DNA from: Octopus bimaculoides
Lineage: Eukaryota
NCBI RefSeq assembly: GCF_001194135.2
Contig: NC_069007.1
Span: 1,579,729-1,643,728, forward strand
Direction: 5' to 3'
DNA: 64,000 nt
The first letter of the stretch is position 1; every line of letters begins with the position of its first letter. Below are positions 38,161 to 51,420 of the stretch, piece by piece. The notes below the pieces were generated by a model that was not told the DNA's origin, ran no database searches, and was given only the letters and a program-made list of their open reading frames with translations. The translations under genes and the position numbers were made by a program.

Positions 38161-39847
38161 CCATATTGAAATGACCTTGAAAGTATAGAGGATTCGATGT
38201 AGATAATAGAAAAGCGTCATTATTATTCACAAGGAACGTATATAAAATAATCTACAAAGTGTATCTGTTAGTTTGTGATACAGAGAACATATTACAATTG
38301 TGAATACAGGATATATATATAATTATATTTAATGCAATTTAATTTACAGAAGATATATAGTTGATACTCAAACAAATGTAGAGTAAGCTGTACACATTGC
38401 TTATCTGAGTTAGTTGTGAGTTCTTTTCGACATTCACTGAAAGAGGTATAACGAATAGACAGAAATAGATATCCCAGGATTTGCACTCAACAACTGAAAC
38501 AAACTGGAGATACACCTACCGATTATGCCATTCTATCGGTAAAAGAAATTCCTCTTGACATATGTACATTGTTTTAGATCATATGGGTGGGTATAAAGCT
38601 AATATTTCATAGCTCGACATCATTAATATATTATTAAACCTACCATTGGATGGACAATATGCAAAGTTGATCTTCATGAAATTTGACTTCGAAAATATTA
38701 AACGGTAACTAAAATACACTCTGGCAGATTGCAGTAGCTCAAAGAATTCTACATATCAGGTACAAATGTAAAATACTTTATTGAAACTTGAATTAGTAAA
38801 ATCACGTACACATGCGTAACATTCTGTATTGTGTGATTTAGAATTCTTCTTTTTAGTCTTCTGATAGTTGGTTCTGTTAATGTAACTAAATAGCATATAA
38901 CATTTAGTTATCTATAATCCATGTTTACAAAAAAAGATATGTGAACATCATGTGTTGTAATCCTTTTAGGCCCGATAACAAAACCTAGGATGATACCAAA
39001 GCGCTGGATTATCGACTAAAAGTTTTGCTAAAGTATGGAGCCTTAAATACATTTTGGAAAACAGGACTAAAAATGTTAACGTATATGAATGAATATTTAA
39101 GCAATAGTCTAGATTTTTCTGTTATCTTTAAAAGTGCAACGGTTACTTCTTTTTTTTTGTCAAATGAAATATTTTTAAAATGAACATTTGAACTGCAATA
39201 TTTTATAACTTTTGTGAAAATTTGATATATTATCATTTGTTCATTGTTCGATTTTTCATATTATTAATATCTCAAGTGTAAAGTATTCATCGTTTCTTCT
39301 GCAAGAATAAGAGAAAGTGTCGAATACCAAAATAGTAAATAAAAAAGATATTAAATGCACAAAAACGAATTATATAAAATTAACAAATTTATCCCATTAC
39401 TTTTATTCTAGTTAATCCAAAAATGTCAGGAATAATTGATATATTCAGAGATTGCTATTCAAATGTCTTTGGACAATGATTTTGCAACAATAACTCAGAC
39501 CCATGACTTGCAGAATACATTTTTGTATTGAAATTTAACAACAAAAAAGAAAAAAACGAAAATACGTTAGTTTTTAAATAACAAAGGTTTTTGATTTGTT
39601 TTTATATTCCTCTCCTGATTTTACTGGTGTATTATGCATTTCGAAGATCATTCTCCATATATTACATTGTTTTAGATGTCGTTTGCGCATTTGGTGTAAA
39701 ATATCTTGGTTTGCTTGTATGCAGTATTGATATGTTTAAACCAGGATATATAATGCACACACACATACACACACAGATATATGCCGACCTATCTCTCCCT
39801 TTATACCCCCACATATATACATGCTTACATGTATATGTGTGTAAGTG

Positions 39848-39922
<75 letters not shown>

Positions 39923-42762
39923 ACATATATATTTATGTGCGTGTATATGTATATTTATATATATATATATATATACTTATGTTGAACAGTGAGAATAATT
40001 GCTCATGACCCCATTGGTGGCTAAATACACATTACTGGTGTGTTTTTTGGCTTCACAAAGGTACCAATCATGTCACAACTGAGACAACAGGTATGATTTA
40101 CATATACGTTGCCGCCCATGATGTGTATATTTATTTACTTATTTATAGTTAAATTCTGAAGAATCTTGGGTAACGTCATGTATTCTAATCACATAGTATA
40201 TTCAAAATTGCTAAGTGATCCCTATTCCCTTAAAACCAACGGCAGGTTTGTCAAACCATATATATATACATACATATATATGTATAATCATGTAGAGAAT
40301 GGAGAAACATTCTATCTATGTATGTTTCCTTAGCACCTCGAATATAATGTTGTGAGTTCATTAGTTCTTTATTGCGTTCTATGCTCCTCAATTTCATTTC
40401 GAGACCTACAGCTCACAGATACACTAATGCAAACTCTCGTCTTACTCTCACTCAATTATATTGTCCTTTTAAATATTTTTCTTCACTGCACATTTTCCCC
40501 CTCCTTCTTTCTGTTTTGTTTTCCTACAAGAAACACAAAATGTAAAAGAAAGGATTGATTTTCAAATCAATATCGACTACACGTGAATGGAATCCTATAA
40601 GAACGTAACAGCATCTTCTGATACAGAAATTGATTGAACATACGCTGTAAATTAGATATGATACAATACAGAGAACACACACTCAGTCAAACTATTTTAA
40701 GTCTATTGTTTTCTTATGTAAAAAAAAAGTCTCAATAAAATTCGTTACTTTTTGTTCGTGTTCGTTACAGAATAGATTTGCAGGTGTTGTATGTTAGAAT
40801 GAATGTGGACAGTTATTGATGGAAGTCAGGTGGCGAAAACTCATCCATGGAAACATAATTGAATTCATGAATTAAATTGTTCGTTTGATAAGAATTTGCG
40901 TCTTAATTTGAAATGGTGAAAACCCAGATTTTCGTTATTTGCTTAGAGTGATAAAACAAAGTGGAAAATATAAATACGTATAAATAAACGAGGAAAAATA
41001 TATAAGAGATAGAGATACAAAACAGAAAGCGTATAACATTCGACAAATGCAAATGTAGAAAATGATCGAATTTTAATGAAATAAAACAATATTATAAGAG
41101 TTGGTATTTTTGATGTAATTGAAATCAAACATTTCTGCATTGAGTTTAAAAGCGTTACATCTTTCAGATTCTTTGAGACAATCACTGATGTCAGTCTGTA
41201 GGAAAGAACTTTATTTAAAGTTTGAGAAATAAAATAATATAAAACAACAGCCAAAGACAATATAATTATCTTTTCTTCAAGACGGCGAACACTAGTTGTT
41301 AGAATATAATAGGTAGGACATCGGAAAGCAGATTTAACAACAAACTTTGGTTTCTCACTTAAATGTATTTCAACTCATTAACGTACAAAATATCAAATCC
41401 TATGGTGTCTATAGAAGAAGAGTGTGGGGCAGGGAGCGATCTCCGATTGAAATAATACGATCAAGTAGATTTCTGTGAGACCTCATTTGAAGTGGGATTA
41501 AAAATACATTGGTTGCTTTCTGTAAAACAATATACTTCTTTATAGTTTCATAAAGAATGCCCAGGATCATATGGTTCAGGTGGCTTTCACATGCTTGATT
41601 AATGTCCAAACCACGTCAACGGGACCAGCAATGTGAAAGATCACAACAGAAATCTTAAATATGAGAACGTAACAAAATAGCATAAGGCATGATGTCCGGG
41701 TTCAAATCGATCCTTGCACATATACTCCGTTGTTCAGAACACGCCGGTGCTTTTGGAACTCAGAACGTAAAGATTATTAATAGAAACCCGCATTGCAATT
41801 TTAGATAATGATCTAATGATTTGGTCAATCCATAATCCACGTCACGTTCTATAATACTGGGACATCAATTCAATTTAGTTAACAGCGCTAAAGTACACAA
41901 GTACTATTTTAACATCCCTATAAACATCAAATTTTCAAAGCCGAATCACCCAATCAATTATTGGTGACTTTCCAAAATATAATTCCAGTTATTACCTTCA
42001 ACTGCCGTTATTACTGACAAACGTTATTTATTGACAGTCTCAGCAAATCACTTTGTAAAGGAAATCGCCTGCAAATTATACAGTAATAGATAAAAAGTTG
42101 GAAATAGTTGAACTTTAATTAGGAAATAATTAGTATCAGCAGCAAATTCTTAATTAGATAGCAAAGGAACAAGTGCACACACTCTACAACTCTTATGCAC
42201 GCATACATATAAGAATAACACAAAAAATCGGAAATATAGTGTTAAACACTACATGTTCTAATTTATTTCCACTTTCTTGTAATAAACGGTTGAATATCGT
42301 CCATTTAACATGTACACGTTCTCCTCTTTATTCTTCTTATCCTCCTACCATAACACCACTACCGCAACAACCACCATAATCACTACTACTACTATTTCTA
42401 TTGAGATTATTGCAGTGGAGATGTTGGAAGCGCAACGGAAAAAAAGTAGCGGGTCGAGCATTTTAAGTGCTTTCTTTTATGTTCGAAATAACAGAAAAAC
42501 AAATAAATTAATTTTGACTGTGCCTTTCGTATTTCCGCTATGACCTGCAGAATGAAATACCAGTCAGACACTTGTTCATTCAATCGAATAAAAGCCTACA
42601 AAGAATTCTCTGCTCCGCTAATCCTAACATAAAAATCTTTTATGCTGTTTGCGCATATATGTTAAATATATACCAAATGACATTTAATTTTATTTAGTAG
42701 ATATGAGTTAAAAGTTATGCGGTTATAGTTATCCACTGCATCGGATATATCATTAAATATAT

Positions 42763-42925
42763 GGCGCAGGCCTGACTGTATTTTAAGAAGCTTGCTTCCC
42801 AAACACATGGTTTCATGTTGAGTTCCGGTCCATAGGTCTGACAGCAAGTGAGCTATACAATCCCCCAGGTCGACTACATGTTTTTGAGCGAATTCTGCAC
42901 ACAGAAACAGAAAGACATCCGTTAT
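42763..42925 (+). mobile_element. Degenerate 5' part of SINE family C
   Basis: GGCGCAGGC…TAAGAAGCTTGCTTCCCAAACACATGGTT…GAAACAGAAAGA. Confidence 0.55.
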
Positions 42926-43071
42926 TCGTGGATTAACAAGGCTACCAATGGTTTCGTGTTCGAGATTTCGTCACAATTTTGAAGTTTTCCACGTGGGAAT
43001 GTTTGAAACAATGAAGTCGACAGTGAATAATATCTTTTTTAAAATAATGATTATATTATATGCATATGAAT

Positions 43072-43111
<40 letters not shown>

Positions 43112-44210
43112 AAATAACAATTATGCTGTAGAACGATCCAGAGGTCAGTACCTGAAACAGATACACAGTGTCACGATGGGACTCTCTGTATTGCGTCTCA
43201 AATTCCCGTTTCGGTTTCTGCGATATTAAATCGACTGATGAAGTTCTCGAATGTGGTCAATCGACTCAACAATTTCAGAAAAGGGGAGTCCTTGCAAAAT
43301 ATTTTAAAGTGGTATTAGAAATATCATTACCGTCTATGTAATTACAGTAAGTCAATATTTATTAATTATGCTGGCATCAAGACCATAGACAGCTGGTTTA
43401 TATTCACGACGCGTAAGATATTTTCACTCGTGAATGATAGATTGCAAAAGCTTACATTTGTTTCAAAGCATTCCAAACGTCTTCGTAACGTTTCATAGTT
43501 TTACATCAGCAGTTCTGAAGCTGAATCCATGTGGCCTTTGAGTGGGGAGGGTATATGAACTCTTGGGGTTCATATAAAATTTTGCTGTATGTGACTTAGT
43601 CTAGTTATACTTTCCCAATAAACAAAATATTTCAGTATTTTTAATCAGTTCTTGATAAAATTTCATTATAAAACTCTAATGGGATTTTTAAACCTCAAAT
43701 AGTTATGAGGGCCCACCCGAGTTAAAGAGTAACTGAAGGGGTTCATTGGCTAAACAACGTTTGGGAAGCAGTCGTTTACATTAAGAGACACAAAGGGTAG
43801 AAATAAGAAACTAAAGAATTCTACATATCACTGGGAAATTCTAACCCGAATAAATTCTTCCTCAATTTTTCCTGAATTCTTCCCGGTGCCAGTCTGTCTA
43901 CATGAGCCATTCCATAAATAGTTTAGGACTGATAGTAGTTTTAAACAGATGACATAGCTGATATATACCTGCCAACGAATATGTAGACATTACACTTAGT
44001 CATAACACAAACTAATACATCCGGCTGACGTCACTAGACGTCTATTCACCATTTATATTCGCTTTCTGCCTTCTGGTTACCATTCATTGAATATCGGTAA
44101 TTATGGAGTTGCCTAACTACATTCCTACTTAGAAACATGCATGCACGCATATGCACAAACGTCGTACACACGAATCTAAACACGACATATCCCTGCATGC
44201 GGCCGCACAC

Positions 44211-44265
<55 letters not shown>

Positions 44266-44634
44266 NNNNNNNNNNNNNNNNNNNNNNNNNNNNNNNNNNN
44301 NNNNNNNNNNNNNNNNNNNNNNNNNNNNNNNNNNNNNNNNNNNNNNNNNNNNNNNNNNNNNNNNNNNNNNNNNNNNNNNNNNNNNNNNNNNNNNNNNNNN
44401 NNNNNNNNNNNNNNNNNNNNNNNNNNNNNNNNNNNNNNNNNNNNNNNNNNNNNNNNNNNNNNNNNNNNNNNNNNNNNNNNNNNNNNNNNNNNNNNNNNNN
44501 NNNNNNNNNNNNNNNNNNNNNNNNNNNNNNNNNNNNNNNNNNNNNNNNNNNNNNNNNNNNNNNNNNNNNNNNNNNNNNNNNNNNNNNNNNNNNNNNNNNN
44601 NNNNNNNNNNNNNNNATATATATATATATATATA

Positions 44635-44674
44635 TATTTCATGTATATGCATAAACATAGCATAAATATAGATT

Positions 44675-44719
<45 letters not shown>

Positions 44720-44766
44720 TATATTTCATGTATATGCATAAATATAGCATAAATATAGATTTCATA
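44635..44766. repeat. Tandem duplication of a ~46-bp unique core separated by (TA)n
   Basis: ATATTTCATGTATATGCATAAA(C/T)ATAGCATAAATATAGATT occurs twice, period 86 bp. Confidence 0.85.
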
Positions 44767-45820
44767 TATATATATATATATACATACAAATACTAATGTA
44801 TATACTTGTATTAACATACATATGTCTTTATGCATGTGTCTGCGTCTGTGTTTCTATGATTGCGCATAAAATATATAGTGTGTGTGCGTGTGTATCTGTA
44901 TGTGTGTATATATGCCTGTAATTCACTATTGCGTCTTTTTTTTTTTCCTTGTATTCAAGTATTTATAAAATATTTGTTGAAATACTGTTTGGCAATTTCA
45001 ATTAGCGTTTTTGTTTATGGTTGTTGGTGTTGTTTTCTATTTTTATTCTTGTTTTTCTTTTTCTGAACGTTTATATTTAGTGGCCAACCAACCCTAAACA
45101 AAAAAGTCTCTGAGAAAACTTTTCTTCAGAAAAATACCAAGGATGCTCAATGATTGTGTGTGTGGATTTCCAGTTCCAGATTTAGTAAAACCTTTCCATA
45201 ATAATAGTAAGATTTCGACTTCAGGGATAGTTACCTGTTATTTCTTACAGTTTCATTGTCCGGTACACAAAATACGCATTGAGTGATTATTTAATATCTT
45301 TTAATTTTGGGGGAACCAAGAGTTACCTGTGATTGAGATTAACCGAATGTAGAATATCGCAACGTCATATTTATATTTTACTTTATCACTTTCTTATAAA
45401 CAATCTTCTAAGATTTTGAGGTTGCAATCTGAGGAAAACTTTTGGGCCATTACAGATGTATGAAGAACGATTGAGGGACGGTACAGATTCTAATACGAGA
45501 CATTAATTATGTGTCACCATCGAGAAAACATTTATTTAGCATTCTGCAGTAAGAGGTTATCAGTGAGTGGCTATGGATTGGTAGTTGTATAAATAGTTAT
45601 CAATCATTCTATGAACATCAATACAAAATGTGTTGTCGTACGGTATCATTAATATGTAACTAACCAAAAACTTGGCGACAGCTATCTAACAATCTGTCTC
45701 GGTGCATAAGTGAAAGAACAGCAAGTAAAAGAACATTATAACAGGTGAGTTTACTATTTCGGTTTGGCCACGTCGAGCACTGTTCAAAAAGCCATTCACA
45801 GAATAAACCTCCTGTTATAT

Positions 45821-46018
45821 TGGTTTAAGATTTTGGCAATATAGGAGGAGGGGTAAATCTGATTATATTGACCACAGTATTAACTGTTACTTATCGACCC
45901 TTAAATGATGAAATGGAGAATGGACCTCAGCGGAATTTGAACACAGAACGTGAGGACGGACGAAATGCCGCTTTGTACTTTGCCAAGCGTGCTAACGATT
46001 CTGCCAGCCCGCCGCCTT
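45821..46018 (-). mobile_element. SINE family B (alternative 3' tail)
   Basis: GCTAACGATTCTGCCAGCCCGCCGCCTT head and GGAATTTGAAC B-box in reverse orientation. Confidence 0.75.
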
Positions 46019-46620
46019 GAACCTCCTGCTGTATTGCATAGGTAGGACTACACTAACGTGTCCTCATGTCATAGCACGTCAAGGCTGTAATATAAAGTTA
46101 GTTAGGTGTTATTCTTAGCAGGTCATCGGCTACAAACCTGCTGCTCGTCAAAGACATAATTCTTATTATCCTCATCGCAACTATTCTAACTCTGAAGATT
46201 CTGAATTTATTTTCTCAAGGTCTGTTTTTTCTTTAACAACATTACCCAACGCATTGAATCAATTTTTACGAACATAAGCAGAAATTTGGGAAATATATGC
46301 TTCACAATTACCGTAGAGCGAGTAAGCTCATAGATAATCCCCCCCATTAATTTAAAATCGAGGGTATTTCACCTATAATTAGTGATGTGACATATTATAT
46401 TCTTGTCTGAAACTGACTGACACGTAGTTAGTTTGCTGCAGGTTGTGCTACTGCAAAGAATCGCATATGTTGGAAGTGATTAGCGAAAAGGTTTTTCATT
46501 GTCACTTCCTGGAGTATTTAGATAAAGAATAGTTTCCGTGTTGCGACAAATAGAAAACAGATCTTTTAAAACTGTGTGATATGAGCGGACATTTCTAACC
46601 CGATGTTAATAGTTATTCTG

Positions 46621-46763
46621 AGGGCCGCGAGCAAGAAGAATCGTTAGCACGCCGGGCGAAATCCCGCTTGGGATTTCACGTCGCTACGTTTTGAGTTCAA
46701 ATTCCGCCGATGTCAACTTTGCCTTCCATCCTCTAGGGCTCGATAAATGAAGTACCAGTTGTG
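46621..46763 (+). mobile_element. SINE family B, 3'-truncated
   Basis: AATCGTTAGCACGCCGGGCGAAAT…GAGTTCAAATTCCGCC…TTTGCCTTCCATCC…AAGTACCAGTTG. Confidence 0.8.
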
Positions 46764-46892
46764 AAAAAGGGTGAGGTGAATGCTGATGTGAAGAGGGTGA
46801 TGCAATTATCCATTATCTGTGTTTGTCTGCCTGGGCCCAAGATAGTTTAGGGCAAACCTTACTGGAAATGAATTTACGTACCGTAAGCAAGG

Positions 46893-47118
46893 ATGACGAC
46901 GACCACAACGGTAATAATGATGATGATAAGGAGGAAAAAGAGGAGGAGGAGGATGGTGAGGATGAGGATGGTGAGGACGAAGAAGTTCACGATGACGACG
47001 ACCATCAGAACGGTGAAAATGACGACGACAATGATGGTGATGATCAGGATGACGATGATCTATGTGACGAATATGACGACGACAATGACGACGACGATGA
47101 TGACGACGACGATGATGT
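46893..47118. repeat. Imperfect (GAT/GAC/GAG)n tract
   Basis: Direct reading. Confidence 0.9.
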
Positions 47119-47227
47119 TGACTTCTGGGGTTTTACCCTGAGATGCAAGTCGGTTTCGCTTCTTATTGCCTTACATGAGCGTCTAAATATAATTCAAATA
47201 TGCGGTTGGATCATTCCCGTTGAACAC

Positions 47228-47346
47228 ACTTACGGCCATATCACGCTGAGAGCACCGGTTCTCGTCCGATCACCGAAGTTGAGCAACGTCGAGCCTAGTG
47301 AGTACTTAGATGGGTGACCGCTTGGGAAACCTAGGTGCTGTAAGCA
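47228..47346 (+). pseudogene. Full-length (119 nt) 5S rRNA copy, probably retroposed
   Basis: ACTTACGGCCATATCACG…GGTTCTCGTCCGATCACCGAAGTT…AGTACTTAGATGGGTGACCGCTTGGGAA…GGTGCTGTAAGC follows the metazoan 5S consensus. Single copy, no oligo-T terminator, A-run at 47350-47359. Confidence 0.85.
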
Positions 47347-47362
47347 CACAAAAAAAAAATAC

Positions 47363-47594
47363 AGGCGGCGAGATGGCAGAAACGTTAGCACGCCGGGCGA
47401 AATGCTTAGCGGTATTTCGTCTGCCGCTACGTTTTGAGTTCAAATTTCGCCGCGGTCGACTTTGCCTTTCATCCTTTCGGGGTCGATTAAATAAGTACCA
47501 GTTACGAACTGGGGTCGATATAATCGACTTAATCCGTTTGTCTGTCCTTCTTTGTCCCCTCTGTGTGTAGCCCCTTGTGGGTAGTAAAGAAATA
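47363..47594 (+). mobile_element. Full-length SINE family B
   Basis: A-box-like TGGCAGAAACG, B-box GAGTTCAAAT, core TTTGCCTTTCATCCTTTCGGGGTCGAT, tail GCCCCTTGTGGGTAGTAAAGAAATA. Very similar to 62412-62631 (minus strand). Confidence 0.9.
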
Positions 47595-47702
47595 ACACTT
47601 GAACAATACCAAGTCATACACCAGTAAAGGGAAATCGTTTAACGAGTTACTCAGTGGGGCAGTCAGAAGAACATACGCAGATACACACACACACACGCGC
47701 AC

Positions 47703-47733
<31 letters not shown>

Positions 47734-48617
47734 GACTTTTCCTTCCTCTTTTCCTCACTCTCAACCACACTAGCACATATTGATTTACTCGAGATAAACA
47801 TGAATTTTACATTCCAGGAACGAGTAATTTTTCATCCACTGGCCTGAAAAGGCGACCTGAAAGTTCAGTCGAACAAAACTGTGCATCATACTCAATATTG
47901 TTCCAACGAAAACTTTTTCTAAACATTTTTTCTTATATCTTTGCATTATAACATTACGAGAAGATGCAAAAACACACATAATAATGCATACACCAAGGCC
48001 TAAATCAAGCACACACATACACACATATATGCTTGTGTGTCTGTGCTTGTGTATGTGAGTGTATGTGTGTTATTCCATAATTTTCCAATTCCAATTTTGT
48101 TGCAACTACATTATTGTTTGGACGCGTATGTAATCAGACTTATGTTGTCTTGCATCTGTCTACATGCTGGGATGGGAAAATGCGGAAGTGCGTGTTTACA
48201 TAAGAAGACTGTTCTCTGTATACATATGCACATTTACTCACATGTGTGAATTCATCCATCGATCAGTGTATATACATATGTTTATATATGTATATACATA
48301 CATACATATATGTGTGTATGTAGGACTGTACAATGTGTTGCAGAGCATTGCATGCGTGTGTGTGAGTAATATACGCCGTCCATTTTCTGAGGCACTTTGA
48401 CGCCAAGCGGTCAGGGAAATAAGCTAGAGATGAAATGATATCCTGTTTTTATCTGCTTGCATATAGGAGCCCTCTTAATTGCACTGCAATATATCCTTAT
48501 AGTTGATTAATCATCTCAATAAAATATAAAGACACATACTATAACAAAGCAATCGAGTAAAATAAACACGGAAAATAAATACATAAATGAGTAGACATCA
48601 GCTGGAACAACAAAAGA

Positions 48618-48960
48618 TCAGCCAACAACAAAAATGACAACAACGAAAATAATGATGATGATGATGATGATGATATAATGATGATGATAATAATGTAACA
48701 TTAAAATAAAGATGGTGTTGATGATGATACTGTTAATGGTAATAATAACAATAATGTTGATGATAATAATAATAATAATAATAATGAGGAGGAAGAGGAA
48801 GACGACGACCACTACCACCATGGCGACGATGATGATGATGATCTTAATAATAATAATAATAATAATAACAGTAACAACAACAAAAAAAGCAACAACAATA
48901 ATAATAATAATAGTAATGATGATAATAATAATAATAATGATAATAATGCAATGGAAAATG
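48618..48960. repeat. Compound (TAA/TGA/CAA)n tract
   Basis: Direct reading. Confidence 0.9.
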
Positions 48961-49762
48961 TAACTAAACGAGTAATAACAGTGATTAATATTAGATTACG
49001 GTTTGTTTTCCTATCTCCGAATTGACTGTTAAGGCGGGATTTAGTTATAATATTCTCTCAGTTCAATGAAAACGGTAATGAACATATATTGTTCTCATCA
49101 TACACGGACCAGTACACTTTGTAGTTTGGCCAAAAGCAATGCATCTCGGCAAATGAATGAGAGCTTGCTCTCTAACGATAGTTTGTTAGTTTGACCAACG
49201 TTGTGTGTAACGCTCACCCACTTCCTCTCACAAACTCGACAAAGCTCTCTCACTCTCTCTCTGTCTCTTCTTCTGTCCCACCAGCCTGCTATCAGACTGG
49301 GCAAATATCTAATGGTGCTTTACAGATTGTTTGAAATCATCAGCACTTGGCAATTATTTATTCATTTCAGTTATCTCGTTAACTCTTGAGAATGATAAGT
49401 GGAGCGTCGGGGTAGGGAGAGACAGAACTGGATGTGTGGATGTTTGAAAAAGAGGGGGTGGTGTCGCTAAGGGAGGCGAAGTGATAAAGAAATGATGAAC
49501 CGAGACGCATTCACGTAAGAATGAGCAAGGATTATGAAGAACATGCCAACATTTTCTAAATTATAAATGCCATAACCTATAATTTACTCTCTAACTGATT
49601 CGCCAAATTCTTTCTTCATTCAATAATTTAGTTCTTTATTTCCATGTAAATTCGTTATAACATAAAATATTATGGATTATAGTTCAGGATATTGCTAACG
49701 TTAGCGTCTTTGAACAAAGATTGATTGAAAAGGAGATGCGCGCAACTGCATAAACTAGACTG

Positions 49763-49806
<44 letters not shown>

Positions 49807-50876
49807 CATAAATATATAGGGATTGACAGTAACCTGCTTCTCCAACATACTGAGAATTCAGAAATAGCAGTCAAAGAACTACTGATTTNNNNNNNNNNNN
49901 NNNNNNNNNNNNNNNNNNNNNNNNNNNNNNNNNNNNNNNNNNNNNNNNNNNNNNNNNNNNNNNNNNNNNNNNNNNNNNNNNNNNNNNNNNNNNNNNNNNN
50001 NNNNNNNNNNNNNNNNNNNNNNNNNNNNNNNNNNNNNNNNNNNNNNNNNNNNNNNNNNNNNNNNNNNNNNNNNNNNNNNNNNNNNNNNNNNNNNNNNNNN
50101 NNNNNNNNNNNNNNNNNNNNNNNNNNNNNNNNNNNNNNNNNNNNNNNNNNNNNNNNNNNNNNNNNNNNNNNNNNNNNNNNNNNNNNNNNNNNNNNNNNNN
50201 NNNNNNNNNNNNNNNNNNNNNNNNNNNNNNNNNNNNNNNNNNNNNNNNNNNNNNNNNNNNNNNNNNNNNNNNNNNNNNNNNNNNNNNNNNNNNNNNNNNN
50301 NNNNNNNNNNNNNNNNNNNNNNNNNNNNNNNNNNNNNNNNNNNNNNNNNNNNNNNNNNNNNNNNNNNNNNNNNNNNNNNNNNNNNNNNNNNNNNNNNNNN
50401 NNNNNNNNNNNNNNNNNNNNNNNNNNNNNNNNNNNNNNNNNNNNNNNNNNNNNNNNNNNNNNNNNNNNNNNNNNNNNNNNNNNNNNNNNNNNNNNNNNNN
50501 NNNNNNNNNNNNNNNNNNNNNNNNNNNNNNNNNNNNNNNNNNNNNNNNNNNATCGTACTAAATTAACTAAAGGCAAGTGTTTTTTTACTCTTCTCTACTG
50601 TTTTTTGTTCTGTGTGTATCAAAAATATCGCTATCAATCTAGAGTAATAATTTGTAGTTTTGAAATCAGTAGTTCTTTGACTGCTATTTCTGAATTCTCA
50701 GTATGTTGGAGAAGCAGGTTACTGTCAATCCCTATATATTTATGATTATAAATGTTTTTTACCGAAAAAGGTTTTTTCATACTGAGCTACCCGGCAAAAT
50801 TGTTAATTATTAATTTTATTACTAATTGACGATTCCCTGCCCTGCATATCTATATTATATATATATATATATATAT

Positions 50877-51351
50877 TCAATCCAAACAAGAAAAAGCAAG
50901 AAAAAACGACAACGCGCGGAAGTGGTACAAGTACTGTGTTATTGGACGCTCATGAAAGGAAAGAAAATTAAGAGGATTTGACGTTGCGAGCGGAGCTCTT
51001 CATCAGAAATATAGACAAGAAAAGTCCAAAGAAGGGAAGACGGCGAAAGAAAATCGCAAACGATAGACACGCGCTAACATATTGAAATGACCCGAAGTGA
51101 ATGGGTGAAGAAAAAGGTCTTTATTGATATCGACAAAAAGGAAAAGAGAAAGAGAAAATTGGAGGAAAGTGGAAGTAGAACAGTAGAGAGGTAGGAGGAG
51201 GACGAAATAATCTGGAAGAGTCACGGCCAAATTCTAATGACTGCCAATCTAGGTGTAGAGTGGCGTAATCCGAATGAACAAGAACAGTAATCCAGAATGT
51301 ACAAGAATTCCAGGAATCAGATACTCCAAAGTCAGTCAGAAGGCCGGGATC
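50877..51351 (-). mobile_element. Putative Penelope-like element 3'-terminal remnant between (TA)n tracts
   Basis: Non-microsatellite segment bounded by (TA)n on both sides and carrying a hammerhead-like motif about 100 bp from its 3' end. No ORF was recognised. Confidence 0.45.
50976..51010 (-). ncRNA. Minimal type-I hammerhead ribozyme-like motif (one core substitution)
   Basis: ATTT-CTGATGA-A-GAGC-TCC-GCTC-GCAAC-GTC-AAAT. Stems I and II are perfect 4 bp with a GUC site, but GAAA reads GCAA. Confidence 0.6.
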
Positions 51352-51371
51352 ATATATATGTAAGTATGTAA

Positions 51372-51420
<49 letters not shown>

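Noticed and set aside
43236-43270. CTGATGA…GAATG…GTC hammerhead-like string
   Set aside because: No GAAA box and no stems I or II.
46823-47317. 164-aa acidic ORF
   Set aside because: Non-ATG start, body is a GAT/GAC repeat, and the end reads through the 5S copy.
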